Shown: positions 1 through 9,519 of the stretch, in pieces
How positions within the stretch are numbered: the first letter of the stretch is position 1
How the letters are laid out: every line of letters starts with the position of its first letter
DNA from: a virus
Lineage: Duplodnaviria; Caudoviricetes
Virus record (IMG/VR): IMGVR_UViG_3300032319_000936
Coordinates: 64,001-128,000 of that record
DNA: 64,000 bases
Reading direction: 5' to 3' (one strand)
Notes under the pieces: model-generated
Databases searched by the model: none
Seen by the model: only the letters and a program-made list of their open reading frames with translations
What the model was told of the DNA's origin: nothing
Program-made: the position numbers and the translations under genes

Positions 1-256
1 ATACACCTCTCAACTTAACAGTACGTACACGTTGACCTTTACGTAGGTAATTAGTCACGTTCATCGAGTCCGATAACTCTACAGGGATGACTGCATCTGT
101 GGTTGCTACTACAACTAGATCACCCACTTTGTATTCACCTTTTTTGATGATGCAATTCCATCCTCCGATAACACCTTGCTCGATATTATCAGATCCCGGA
201 ATTTCTTTGATTTCATTTATGAGTGCTACATAGCACACGCTGTTTGGATTTTCCAT
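1..256 (-). CDS. RNA ligase, DRB0094/Rnl2-like family (5' part; runs off the window)
   Basis: Manual translation from ATG at 256: MENPNSVCYVALINEIKEIPGSDNIE...GWNCIIKKGEYKVGDLVV...RVRTVKLRGVY, the typical DRB0094-type ligase N-terminus. Not in the ORF track. Confidence 0.8.
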   Translation of the reverse strand, partial: MENPNSVCYVALINEIKEIPGSDNIEQGVIGGWNCIIKKGEYKVGDLVVVATTDAVIPVELSDSMNVTNYLRKGQRVRTVKLRGV

Positions 257-257
257 G

Positions 258-851
258 TTACGATAAGTATTTTAAAATTTTCTCTTTAACCCCAGCTTGT
301 TTAATCCCCTCGCTTGGTCTGGGCGTCCAAACAAAGTTTTCAAGTCCCCAGTCGTCTCTATCGAATGCACCATACTTGCTGTTCTCTACGTGTCTTCCCA
401 TGTGTAGATCATCAACTGACACCCAATGGGTGATCTCCGGGTGGTCCATTAGATACTGAGTGATCTCCACGTATCTAGATTGCTCTAGATCATATGTTAC
501 AGACCAAATGAAAGACTTTGTGTCCTGAAAGCTACATTGTCCTAGGTTCTTAGTGTATGCAATTGGTTTCTTGATTATGCCCTGCATCTCGTAGTACTCG
601 CCCATCTGCTCTATAGAAGCCCATGCTTTCCAATCGGACGAAACCACTATCTCTGCTCCTGTTGCCTCAAGGATCTCGTTCAGAACATCTATCGACTTCT
701 TATCGAAGTTATCGAATCTGTACTCAAGAGGAATTTCTCTGAGCGTCATAGATAGTTTTCTGCCACCCCACTTAGCCTGCTTCTTCCCTCTTGAACCCCA
801 GTTGTTGTCAAGACAAATTACGCCATCATGATCCAAAAATAAAATCTTCAT
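258..851 (-). CDS. HAD-family phosphatase (Swiss-Army-knife RNA repair type)
   Basis: FLDHDGV, VVSSDW and VSVDD HAD motifs; adjacent to RNA ligase. Confidence 0.8.
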   Translation of the reverse strand: MKILFLDHDGVICLDNNWGSRGKKQAKWGGRKLSMTLREIPLEYRFDNFDKKSIDVLNEILEATGAEIVVSSDWKAWASIEQMGEYYEMQGIIKKPIAYTKNLGQCSFQDTKSFIWSVTYDLEQSRYVEITQYLMDHPEITHWVSVDDLHMGRHVENSKYGAFDRDDWGLENFVWTPRPSEGIKQAGVKEKILKYLS

Positions 852-857
852 ATGTTA

Positions 858-1247
858 TTATAGACTAATTTCAAATCTGGTTTTCATTTGTTCTATTTTA
901 TCATCCGGACAGCCGTGTATATTTTTACCTCCGTGCCTATTTTCAACAATCATGGAAGTTACGCGATAACCAAGTTCTTCAGCTAAAAGATAGTATACAT
1001 CCATTTCCCATTCCTGGGTAAATGTGTTTGACACGACAACAATTGGGTGACCTTCTTTCATAGCATCCATTACCGAATGACGACACCAGTTATGTGCATT
1101 TTTAATTTTTGAGGCATCAAAATGATAGTTACCGTCTGCATCCAAGAAATACATGTCAGCCTCAAAATGGAGGGCTTTATCGAATAGTTTTGCTGTAGTG
1201 GATTTCCCTGAACCAGGTAAACCCCGTATTAACATAAGTTGTTTCAT
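858..1247 (-). CDS. P-loop polynucleotide-kinase-like protein (AAA_33/N4BP2-like)
   Basis: IRGLPGSGKST, EADMYF, AHNWC, VVSNTF, HGCP motifs. Confidence 0.8.
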   Translation of the reverse strand: MKQLMLIRGLPGSGKSTTAKLFDKALHFEADMYFLDADGNYHFDASKIKNAHNWCRHSVMDAMKEGHPIVVVSNTFTQEWEMDVYYLLAEELGYRVTSMIVENRHGGKNIHGCPDDKIEQMKTRFEISL

Positions 1248-1251
1248 GTCG

Positions 1252-1274
1252 CTAATCTAAATCAGATCTCCGTA
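1252..1274 (-). promoter_or_regulatory. TACGG-N10-TAnnTTTG-type promoter (copy 1)
   Basis: TACGG agatctgatt TAGATTAG, 4 nt before the ATG at 1247. Confidence 0.55.
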
Positions 1275-1620
1275 AAAAATCCTCTGGTTTCAGAGGATTT
1301 TCACATTTAATTTTTAACAGAGATATAGATTCCTTTATACCACCCAAAGGTCTCGTCTTCAAATTCCCGATCAGGTTTGAATTCAATGGGGTCTAAATTA
1401 ATTTCCCCAAAGCAAATCTCATTAGGAGATCTAACCCAAGATTTACTATTTACATTCTCCGCAGCACTCATGGATCTCATCTTTATCGTAAGCCGCACAC
1501 TTTTGATGTTTCGATGAACATGAGGTTAAAATGCCTACTAATAATGCTAAGACTAAACAGGTCATAATTACAAAAGTTACTTTTTCTATTCTTTTCATAA
1601 TTTTTTTTATTATATCTATC

Positions 1621-1821
1621 CTAGAGGCTAATCGAACAGTCTAAGATATAAAACTCCCTATTTGGATCTTGTGGGCCATTCTCACTATACCACTCTTTCT
1701 CTATTGATTGCTTTACCCAATTAGACATTTCTTCACCTTCGCACTGCGCTATTAATATATCCTGGGAGTTAAGTCCAGTATCTGGATCTATGTCTCTAAA
1801 TCTTATCTGAAATTTATTCAT
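1621..1821 (-). CDS. hypothetical protein
   Basis: ORF in a minus-strand gene run. Confidence 0.55.
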   Translation of the reverse strand: MNKFQIRFRDIDPDTGLNSQDILIAQCEGEEMSNWVKQSIEKEWYSENGPQDPNREFYILDCSISL

Positions 1822-2077
1822 AAATATTATATTAAAATTGCGAGGTATGTTTCTTAAATATCTAATCTATCGTCAACACGGGTCGCTATGTGTTTATCCC
1901 ACCATTTGACAAATCTTGAATTAGGTAGTTTAACCCTAATCCACTCGCCCAGTATAATTATTCCAATGCGGATGATAACCAAAGCCATGCAAATCATGAA
2001 GAAAGCTATTATTTTCATATCTCAAAAATATTAATTTTTATTTAATTTAACACCACTTTTTTTATAGGCTTTATCGC

Positions 2078-2491
2078 CTACTTTGAATTTTGTAATTTTT
2101 TCCATTTGTTATCGGAATCTAAGATAAATGTTCCTACGTGAACCTGATCCCATTCTTCTGGACCGATCATTGAAAGAAAAACATCTCCATTTTCTCTAAG
2201 ATATAGATTATACCTCTCCCCGGGGATAGGCTGAAAAGAATAATTCGACGAGTAAACTATTTTATTCCACTCTAGCTCCTCCTGTAACTTTTTATACTCC
2301 TCTAATAGCTCGTCAAATTTTTTCTTGTAATAAGAGTTAGCTTTGAGTATCTTCTCGTTTTTCCACGAAGAGATGTCCTCTGGTATTATGGCAGGAGCAC
2401 CAACGTTGCTTCCGTAGGCCAGCTTGCTTGGATAAAATCCTTTATCCTCGCTCCATACCACATTGTCTGGATATTTCTTACTGTTCTCCAA
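2078..2491 (-). CDS. DUF2452-like hypothetical protein
   Basis: Coiled coil followed by YSFQPIPGERYNLY...LSMIGPEEW. Confidence 0.6.
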   Translation of the reverse strand: MENSKKYPDNVVWSEDKGFYPSKLAYGSNVGAPAIIPEDISSWKNEKILKANSYYKKKFDELLEEYKKLQEELEWNKIVYSSNYSFQPIPGERYNLYLRENGDVFLSMIGPEEWDQVHVGTFILDSDNKWKKLQNSK

Positions 2492-2695
2492 TTAATTTAA
2501 TTGACCTATGCCCTTTAGATATTCAATATAGTTCCTCTGGGTAGTCATGTTGGCTAGGTTCTGATTAACCTCCATGATGTACTTCTCTGTGGACATTCTA
2601 TTTCTTTTAAATCTTTTTGTCAGGTATTCGATATTCCGGATAGCCTCGTGGGTCTTCACATAATTGAAGGTACCCGATTCTTTTTTTCCGTTCAT
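2492..2695 (-). CDS. hypothetical protein
   Basis: Tightly packed ORF. Confidence 0.6.
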   Translation of the reverse strand: MNGKKESGTFNYVKTHEAIRNIEYLTKRFKRNRMSTEKYIMEVNQNLANMTTQRNYIEYLKGIGQLN

Positions 2696-2706
2696 TGTTT
2701 ATATTA

Positions 2707-2889
2707 TTAGTAACTCCAGTATTTGTTTTGGATTGCTCTTATCTCCTCCATGCCTTCCATTATCTTCTTGAACGGACCTTCTAGCTCCGTGTTGTCCCCA
2801 TAGAAGATGTGACCAGATTCTTCAATCGAATAATAGAAATCTATGATCTCCTCCATTTCTTCTTTTCTTAGGTCCTTGATGTCTGGCAT
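2707..2889 (-). CDS. hypothetical protein
   Basis: Tightly packed ORF. Confidence 0.6.
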   Translation of the reverse strand: MPDIKDLRKEEMEEIIDFYYSIEESGHIFYGDNTELEGPFKKIMEGMEEIRAIQNKYWSY

Positions 2890-2890
2890 T

Positions 2891-3142
2891 TTATTCTATG
2901 ATTTTAATTTCAGATTCTGTTTCTATTACAACCCTAGCCCCACATCCTAGTAGTGCCTTAGTATCACAACCTGAACCGCTGTATATTATTTTGCTCGGGC
3001 CAAGAATCTCAACAGCATTGCAGTAAGTGTTAGTTCTGCCCTGTTTTATTGTGATCACCGGCAAATCAGTACCCTTTGTCTTATTGGATCTGATATTGTG
3101 CTGGTTGACGTGGATCTTAGTCGTTGGAGATTTCTTTGCCAT
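2891..3142 (-). CDS. conserved phage hypothetical protein
   Basis: IHVNQHNIRSN...CGARVVIET pattern. Confidence 0.65.
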   Translation of the reverse strand: MAKKSPTTKIHVNQHNIRSNKTKGTDLPVITIKQGRTNTYCNAVEILGPSKIIYSGSGCDTKALLGCGARVVIETESEIKIIE

Positions 3143-3153
3143 GCTGTGATTTT

Positions 3154-3447
3154 TTAATCCGTTACGTAATTCAAATCGTATTTCTTTGCAACTGCCATAA
3201 ACTTCTCCTTAACAAAGTCGTCTATTGATTTGTAATCCCCGCTATCCTTGGCCATTTCCCACCACCAACCTCTAATCTGGTCCAATTCTGATATGTCATT
3301 GATAAATGGATAACGTAAATCATTATTGTGCAAGTCAATCAACATCATTGAGAAATTTTCAATGTTAGTTCCCGCGCTTAAATCGTCTTTATAGACCTCG
3401 CACTCTATAATTGTTTGGTTGATTTTGTTTCTTAAAAAGTGTATCAT
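3154..3447 (-). CDS. hypothetical protein
   Basis: ORF in a minus-strand run. Confidence 0.6.
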   Translation of the reverse strand: MIHFLRNKINQTIIECEVYKDDLSAGTNIENFSMMLIDLHNNDLRYPFINDISELDQIRGWWWEMAKDSGDYKSIDDFVKEKFMAVAKKYDLNYVTD

Positions 3448-3532
3448 ATTATTAAATTATTTTCTAATTGGAGAGAGGCATTTTTATTGTTGGATGGTAT
3501 TGATAATTTTCAATAATAAAATCAGTGCTATC

Positions 3533-3844
3533 CTAAATGCTGTCTTCCACTTCATATACCGTGTGGGGATAAAATTCTATACAATACACTTTAACTTTTT
3601 CTATCTCTGGTCCTGGTGTACCAAGTCCATTGGGTTCATCTACTTCGTAACGATGCCACCCTTCAAGTTCATCTGGGTACTTGCTGTCATACGGGTTCCA
3701 GTCGAGATACTTTGCTTTAGAGTCTGTTCCTATTCCATAGTACTCGTCAAGACCTATCTTGAGATCTTTAAAAGAACCAGCAGAAATTATTGGCTTGCCG
3801 TACTCAGATATGGCTACGTATGTTACCTTAACCCGCGTTCTCAT
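3533..3844 (-). CDS. hypothetical protein
   Basis: ORF in a minus-strand run. Confidence 0.6.
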   Translation of the reverse strand: MRTRVKVTYVAISEYGKPIISAGSFKDLKIGLDEYYGIGTDSKAKYLDWNPYDSKYPDELEGWHRYEVDEPNGLGTPGPEIEKVKVYCIEFYPHTVYEVEDSI

Positions 3845-4016
3845 TATTGTACTCGTAAGTTGTTATGATCTCCTCACCAACTTGGGTTGTTACCACGTGG
3901 GTCGGAGTCGTTGGTTTAGCAATCTCCTCTACAATGTAGAGATTTTCTAATTCGACATCGGTGTTTCTCATCACCCATTGCACCTGCTCGTCCCAGGTTA
4001 GTTCTCTTTTTTGCAT
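3828..4016 (-). CDS. hypothetical protein
   Basis: Short overlap with the neighbouring gene, typical packing. Confidence 0.5.
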   Translation of the reverse strand: MQKRELTWDEQVQWVMRNTDVELENLYIVEEIAKPTTPTHVVTTQVGEEIITTYEYNNENAG

Positions 4017-4026
4017 ACGTTTTAAT

Positions 4027-4464
4027 TTACCAGCTTGAGCTATGTGGAACCACCCATCTTGAGCAGTTCTGCTCCAGCCTATTAATGTGTCTATAGTTAT
4101 TGATGTAGCCCATCATATTAGCAGAGCCTATAGCATTTGCCGAGTGAATCATAACTTGACAAACGGGAGCGCCATCCAGCCACTTCTCAACCAGCCACTT
4201 GGTGCAATCCATTCCAGTCTTCTCCGTTATATTGTCGTAGTCCAATTTGAAGTTGTGGTAGACATTCGTGTGCCACTCTTTCATAGCGCTATCACCAAGA
4301 TCATGGTCTAGTGAGATTAAATCAATATTCTCTAAACCAATTTCGGTTACCTTCTCTATGAACTCATCGTAACTTCTAACCACCGTCCATTCCGGAACGT
4401 CGTGGGTTGTTGGATTCGGTAGAGGTGTTCTCACGTCATCCAGGTAAATTCTAGCTTTGCTCAT
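4027..4464 (-). CDS. cyclic-phosphate-processing receiver-like domain protein
   Basis: IYLDDVR...ISLDHDLG...TGMDC...IHSAN motifs. Confidence 0.75.
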   Translation of the reverse strand: MSKARIYLDDVRTPLPNPTTHDVPEWTVVRSYDEFIEKVTEIGLENIDLISLDHDLGDSAMKEWHTNVYHNFKLDYDNITEKTGMDCTKWLVEKWLDGAPVCQVMIHSANAIGSANMMGYINNYRHINRLEQNCSRWVVPHSSSW

Positions 4465-4759
4465 TTTTATTTTTTTCTAAATTTTTAAGATCTTGATCGA
4501 GTCTCCTGAGAAAGGATTCCTCCCCGTCATCACCAGAGACCAGCCAATCTATTCTCTGTGCATAGATTTCAGCCTTTCTTATGATCTCTAATCCCTCCTT
4601 GAATTTCTCGATAACCTCAGGCGGGTAATTGTAGTAATACTCGCCCTCCCAGGATTCTCTTCTTTCCCTCTTTTCTCCGTTCTTGAGAATGATTCCCTCG
4701 ACATCATCTGCTATTTGCCTTATCTTGTATTGATCGTAAGAGAAATGACCTCCTGACAT
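4451..4759 (-). CDS. conserved phage hypothetical protein
   Basis: MSGGHFSY...RIDWLVSGDDGEESF. Confidence 0.65.
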   Translation of the reverse strand: MSGGHFSYDQYKIRQIADDVEGIILKNGEKRERRESWEGEYYYNYPPEVIEKFKEGLEIIRKAEIYAQRIDWLVSGDDGEESFLRRLDQDLKNLEKNKNEQS

Positions 4760-4784
4760 AAACTATTATTTTTATTTATATTTT

Positions 4785-4807
4785 CAAATGTAAGACTGTA
4801 TCCCGTA
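4785..4807 (-). promoter_or_regulatory. TACGG-N10-TAnnTTTG promoter (copy 2)
   Basis: TACGG gatacagtct TACATTTG upstream of 4759. Confidence 0.65.
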
Positions 4808-4830
4808 TTTTCGCAGACGGAAACTAAGCA

Positions 4831-5394
4831 TTATTCAGCGTCGTTAATTGATTCTACAAGAACGGTTTCACTCTCTATGTCTTTCACATAATATTCTCTC
4901 CAATTACCACCGGGTTCAGGGGCAGCACCCGCTGCTTTAGCTATCTCCTCGTCTTTTGTTTTGGTAAGTACAGCAACATAGCAATTTCCTCTCTGAGCTT
5001 CTAGAAGCTTATCCACTGTATCAGGATCCACTTTCTTGCTCTCCATTTTAAGATAGGATGACTCAATCTCGGATAGAGTACGGAAGAATCTTTTTTCCGT
5101 TTGTTTTATTCTTCCAACTATAGAGTAGACCTCTCCCATTTCGTCTTTCCTTGGAACGCCTTGTGTGTCTAAATACATGTGCACAGACTCCAAATCTTCC
5201 CTCAATAGCTCAATCTGGTTATCTCTAATGTCCAAGTCAGATTGCTTGATTGTTGTTTTTGGTTCGATGTAGTTCTTAACCGCAGAATCAATTGCTGATG
5301 TTATAAATCTACGGGTATCGTCTGGATATTCAAAATGTTTGGTGGTTGATGCTTCAACCTCCCAGTCTCCGCTTTTAATTTTTACTGTTGTCAT
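4831..5394 (-). CDS. hypothetical protein
   Basis: 187-aa ORF. Confidence 0.65.
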   Translation of the reverse strand: MTTVKIKSGDWEVEASTTKHFEYPDDTRRFITSAIDSAVKNYIEPKTTIKQSDLDIRDNQIELLREDLESVHMYLDTQGVPRKDEMGEVYSIVGRIKQTEKRFFRTLSEIESSYLKMESKKVDPDTVDKLLEAQRGNCYVAVLTKTKDEEIAKAAGAAPEPGGNWREYYVKDIESETVLVESINDAE

Positions 5395-5774
5395 GGTGTT
5401 AATATTCTTTTTGGTGTTTCTTTTTCTACTTGTTGTTCTATCCTATCGTGGTTTAGCCCAAGTGGTCCATCTCTTTCTAATAGTATGTTCCACCTCTCTC
5501 CATAGGTTAGCTCCTTTGTGCAATCCTTGGCCCATCTCTCACAAAAATCATCATTTGTTAAAGCCTCGTGGGTAAACCAGTCTTTTGATGGTATATTCTC
5601 GTATTCTTCAAAGTGGTCTCTGTATCTCTGGTAAGCCAATTCAACTCTATCCATATTATCATCAATTCTTTCTTTCTTTTGTGATTCACCTAGATCTCTC
5701 CAATCTTTGAAAGTCAAAGATGCCCCAGGATTGTCCTTTAGAAATTGCCAATACTGTAGTTTATTTGAATTCAT
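5391..5774 (-). CDS. hypothetical protein
   Basis: 127-aa ORF with 4-nt overlap. Confidence 0.65.
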   Translation of the reverse strand: MNSNKLQYWQFLKDNPGASLTFKDWRDLGESQKKERIDDNMDRVELAYQRYRDHFEEYENIPSKDWFTHEALTNDDFCERWAKDCTKELTYGERWNILLERDGPLGLNHDRIEQQVEKETPKRILTP

Positions 5775-5775
5775 A

Positions 5776-6081
5776 TCACTTCAGTATACATTTTTCATCA
5801 ATCTCATCTAGAACCTGCTGGATATAGTCATATACAAATTCCTGATCGTAAATAACCGGTCCTTTGAATCCCCTGAGTGCATCCAGAGAAAAAGGAGTCA
5901 CAAAAAGACAATTTGGATTGCTTGTTATCTCTTTACCCGTTTGGAATGATTTACAGATCAGAGCAAATGGCTTATCGTAATTGTCAATACCCACTTTAAG
6001 CAGAGTTGTTTTTCCGCTTCTTCTGTTATCTACTATCGGAGATAGAAGTTCATTCAGTATCTGTCTCTTTGTTTTTGCCAT
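5776..6081 (-). CDS. small P-loop-like protein
   Basis: RRSGKTT Walker-A-like motif, VIYD. Confidence 0.55.
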   Translation of the reverse strand: MAKTKRQILNELLSPIVDNRRSGKTTLLKVGIDNYDKPFALICKSFQTGKEITSNPNCLFVTPFSLDALRGFKGPVIYDQEFVYDYIQQVLDEIDEKCILK

Positions 6082-6698
6082 TATATTTTTTCTTTTTTGA
6101 AAAGCTCAATGAGTTCTTCCGATAAATTTTCATAATCCATATCGAACTTATCCGACATAGCCTCTACTATATTTTTATTTCTATAAGGAGCATTGTCGGG
6201 ATTTGACCACTTCCGGCTGATCTTCATGTAGTTATAGAAAAGCACGTAAGCATTAGACTTCCTGATGTAAAGATCCACATCAACGGGTAGCTCCCATTTC
6301 TTAAACATCTCCACTGATCTTTTCTCGTTATCTAGTTCTAGCTCTCTTGAGTTATTTAAAGAGACCTCTACTAATTCTTCCGGGTGATCCACACCGGATA
6401 ACCACTCATCTACGACTGTCAAAGAATTAGCACTTACGTCCCATAGTTCTATGCCATCTATCCATTGGGTCATATGGCAGTATTCATGAACCATTAACTC
6501 TATGAAATCCTCTCTTCCCTGAGCAAATGCTAGTGTTGCCTTTCTTAATTTCGGATCCGACCCATCGTCGAAAAAACCACCGCATTTTATATCATCTGTT
6601 AACTTGATATAAGATCTCTTGTATGGCTTGAATACGACCGAGTTCTTTTTACATTCCTCTTTAACAAAAGAGATGAATGCTTCTGTTTTTTTATCCAT
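6081..6698 (-). CDS. putative HExxH metallopeptidase-like protein
   Basis: VHEYCH motif followed by ELELDNE. Confidence 0.55.
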   Translation of the reverse strand: MDKKTEAFISFVKEECKKNSVVFKPYKRSYIKLTDDIKCGGFFDDGSDPKLRKATLAFAQGREDFIELMVHEYCHMTQWIDGIELWDVSANSLTVVDEWLSGVDHPEELVEVSLNNSRELELDNEKRSVEMFKKWELPVDVDLYIRKSNAYVLFYNYMKISRKWSNPDNAPYRNKNIVEAMSDKFDMDYENLSEELIELFKKEKI

Positions 6699-7669
6699 TA
6701 TTTTTTTGAATTAAGACCTATTTTAGGCATTTTCTTTTTGATCTTTGGTGATTCCTTCATGTCAAGAAGAGAGCACTTAGCCTCCTCTAAATCCTTTCCC
6801 ATCACCACAACAGAAACCACTAATTCTTTCAGGTGCGAAAGCGACATGCCATCTGAGAATTCCACCCATTCTTTCAGATCGATTTTCTTTAGATCATCAT
6901 CAGAAAGCTTTTTCTTTATATAGGATTCCCTTATCTCTGCTGAGGGCATATGCACCTCGAACCTTCTGTCGAATCTGGATGGTCTATTACTAATTCTTTC
7001 CTCTAGTTTATCAGGATAGTTAGTTGTTGCTATATAGACAACATTCTCTATTTGTTTTACCCCGTCCAGAACATTTAGTAACTTGGTTGTTGAATACCTG
7101 TCTTCCCCAGCCAAAGCATCTATGTCCTCTAGGATAACAATAAGGGGTCTTTCAGGTTCAACCTTTCTTAATGTGGATATGTTATCAACATAAAATCTGA
7201 AATCATCCTCGTCCTTGATGTTGATGACTATACCCTCTTCTTTTTCAATTAAACTTTTAACACAGAGCTGAATGATACCAGACTTTCCACATCCAGGTTC
7301 TCCCCATAGCAGGATCCCTCTTTTGTGAACAAAGTTGTACTTCTTATATTGATCTCTCTTATTCCAGAAAGTTTGGATGTCGTCTAGAATGGACTGTATC
7401 TCAGGAGACGGCAGATGATAGAGCTCGTCTATATTCATAGCCTGCTTCTTGAAGGTGGCCTGTCCCATGGATTGATTCCATATTATCTCATAGAGCCCAG
7501 CCGGAAGTTTTTTGACTGTAGATAGAGCAGGTGCAAATTCGTCATTTGTCAAAATAGACCACTGGCAATGCGAGAAAGAGCTTGTCCCCTCTTTATCAAC
7601 AGTGCTCTCATCTGGAATTAACATAATATTATGCTCCTCTAATAGTTCTTTAATTCTTCTATTTTTCAT
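6698..7669 (-). CDS. AAA+ ATPase
   Basis: GEPGCGKS, ILEDID, ATTNYP, RPSRFDR; start moved to the ATG at 7669 (MKNRRIK). Confidence 0.85.
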   Translation of the reverse strand: MKNRRIKELLEEHNIMLIPDESTVDKEGTSSFSHCQWSILTNDEFAPALSTVKKLPAGLYEIIWNQSMGQATFKKQAMNIDELYHLPSPEIQSILDDIQTFWNKRDQYKKYNFVHKRGILLWGEPGCGKSGIIQLCVKSLIEKEEGIVINIKDEDDFRFYVDNISTLRKVEPERPLIVILEDIDALAGEDRYSTTKLLNVLDGVKQIENVVYIATTNYPDKLEERISNRPSRFDRRFEVHMPSAEIRESYIKKKLSDDDLKKIDLKEWVEFSDGMSLSHLKELVVSVVVMGKDLEEAKCSLLDMKESPKIKKKMPKIGLNSKK

Positions 7670-7670
7670 C

Positions 7671-7940
7671 TTAGTAAATTTTTCCGTTTGTGTTAATACC
7701 AATAAATTCGTCTAGCTTTTTAAGATTCGGTTTCATAGAACCTGGATACTCCGAGTATTTAAAATCTCTACCCTCTGAGTCAATCAGCCTCATGTCACCG
7801 TGAATAAAATCTTGCATCTCAGATTCGCTAAGATGTGCTATCACCTCCTTAAATTGGTCTACTATCCTATAAGTAACAATTTTTTCTGTTACCAATATTG
7901 GACCTTCCGAATTCAAAAGCTCCATTCTTTCTTTCTTCAT
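7671..7940 (-). CDS. hypothetical protein
   Basis: ORF abutting the AAA gene. Confidence 0.6.
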   Translation of the reverse strand: MKKERMELLNSEGPILVTEKIVTYRIVDQFKEVIAHLSESEMQDFIHGDMRLIDSEGRDFKYSEYPGSMKPNLKKLDEFIGINTNGKIY

Positions 7941-8095
7941 ATTTTTAGATTAATTGTTTTATCCCCTATTGTGTTATTGTCTTTGTATGCTCAAAGTGTC
8001 TTATTGTTTCCTGTGAGCTTTAATAACAGCCATTGCTGCTATTATGCATCAAACTGACTTTGACCGTATTTTAGAGATGGATTTCTCCTAAAAAT

Positions 8096-8656
8096 TTAAA
8101 AATTAAAAAAGTATCCTTTTTTCTCCATGTTTTTTCTAATCGAAATCCTGCCTTTTAGTAGCTGGGTCTTTGAAGTGTTCTCGCTTATTCCCATTATTTT
8201 AGATATCTCTTTGTGCTTATATCCATCCAAGAAATAAAGTTTTAAAACTTGCCCGCAGCCCTTTGGTAGATCGCCTATAAATTTGACTATTTCTTCGTGG
8301 GTGCACCCGAAATCAATTCTTCTAAATGAATCATCCTGTATATCAAATTTTCTATCGATGTCATCATGTATACCAACCTTTCTCCTTTTGTTATATTCGG
8401 TAATCGAAAGATTAACTGCTATTCTTCTAACCCAGCCTTGGAAGGATCCGTCTCCCCTGTATTCACCTATTTTTGCAAATACCTTTATGAAGCACTCCTG
8501 CGCAATATCCTCAGCTTCCTGCTGATCCCCTGCATACCTCTTACACACAGAATGAATTGTATTCTTTAGTATTTTATAAAGTCTTTCCTCGGAATTTCTG
8601 CATTTTTTTTTGCACTTTTCTATCAGCTCCAGACATTCCTCTTGTGAGATATTCAT
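8096..8656 (-). CDS. ECF-type RNA polymerase sigma factor
   Basis: AEDIAQECFIKVF, GSFQGWVRRIAVN, region 4 YKHKEISKIMGISENTSKTQL; Bacteroidota style. Confidence 0.9.
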   Translation of the reverse strand: MNISQEECLELIEKCKKKCRNSEERLYKILKNTIHSVCKRYAGDQQEAEDIAQECFIKVFAKIGEYRGDGSFQGWVRRIAVNLSITEYNKRRKVGIHDDIDRKFDIQDDSFRRIDFGCTHEEIVKFIGDLPKGCGQVLKLYFLDGYKHKEISKIMGISENTSKTQLLKGRISIRKNMEKKGYFFNF

Positions 8657-8662
8657 TATCTT

Positions 8663-9154
8663 TTACTTTTTAACCCTTGATTCGTACTTCCTCTTTATCG
8701 AAGAAGAGATCGGAATAGCAGATCCCTCCTCGTCTATTCTAACGAATGTTGCTCTTGCTCTTAGACACACAACTTCTGCTTCGCTTCTTAGGTTGTATTT
8801 TCTCATTTCCACTACGACATTAATAGAGGTATTCCCGATCGACTCTATACCGCAATATGTTTTTATCACATTCCCGACTTTCATTGGCATCAAGAAATCA
8901 GACGACAGAGATCTGGTAACCATCAGGGGTGTGTCGCATATTTCGGAAGCAAAGAAAGCTGCTATCTCGTCAACGTGAGACAGCAATATTCCTCCAAATG
9001 CATTGTTATGAACACCGAGATCTTTTGTCATACAGATCCATGTTGATCTCATAACCATACCTCCATCCCTTAATATCTGAACGTTCATGTCAGTTATTTC
9101 TTCTTTCTCTGGGTTTCTCTTTCCCGTTGTGTTATATTTTGCTTGTTCTTCCAT
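8663..9154 (-). CDS. acyl-CoA thioesterase (hotdog fold)
   Basis: DLGVHNNAFGGILLSHVD, IGNTSI, ATFVRIDEEG. Confidence 0.8.
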   Translation of the reverse strand: MEEQAKYNTTGKRNPEKEEITDMNVQILRDGGMVMRSTWICMTKDLGVHNNAFGGILLSHVDEIAAFFASEICDTPLMVTRSLSSDFLMPMKVGNVIKTYCGIESIGNTSINVVVEMRKYNLRSEAEVVCLRARATFVRIDEEGSAIPISSSIKRKYESRVKK

Positions 9155-9163
9155 TTTATTGAT

Positions 9164-9508
9164 TTATTTCCAGAGTAATTGAATAAGAAGTATTACTACA
9201 GATAGACATAGGCACACTATAGTTTTTGATTTAAGTGGCTCGTCAAAGAGAGCTATAGACATGAAGGTATAGACAGTAACACCTATAACAAATCCTATTA
9301 GCCGGCTTGGCCAAAGCTCACCATTGAAAGCCATAATAAGATACTTAATGGATGACATATAAAAGAAAGATATTGGGATTCCACATAGCAACAAAACCCA
9401 TACATTATCCCTCATCCATTGATACTTCAGTGGTCCCTGATATTGATAGAAGGTACAAATCTGTGCTATTGTACCCCATAGAATCCCTTGAATCCAGTTA
9501 TTGTTCAT
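9164..9508 (-). CDS. small multi-pass membrane protein (DMT-like)
   Basis: Four hydrophobic segments. Confidence 0.6.
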   Translation of the reverse strand: MNNNWIQGILWGTIAQICTFYQYQGPLKYQWMRDNVWVLLLCGIPISFFYMSSIKYLIMAFNGELWPSRLIGFVIGVTVYTFMSIALFDEPLKSKTIVCLCLSVVILLIQLLWK

Positions 9509-9519
9509 TAATTTTTATT

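Noticed and set aside
5776-6081. Terminase or helicase call from RRSGKTT
   Set aside because: The protein is far too short; only an isolated Walker-A-like motif.
8044-8070. Additional TACGG promoter copy upstream of 7940
   Set aside because: TACGG is present, but no TAnnTTTG follows at the 10-nt spacing.
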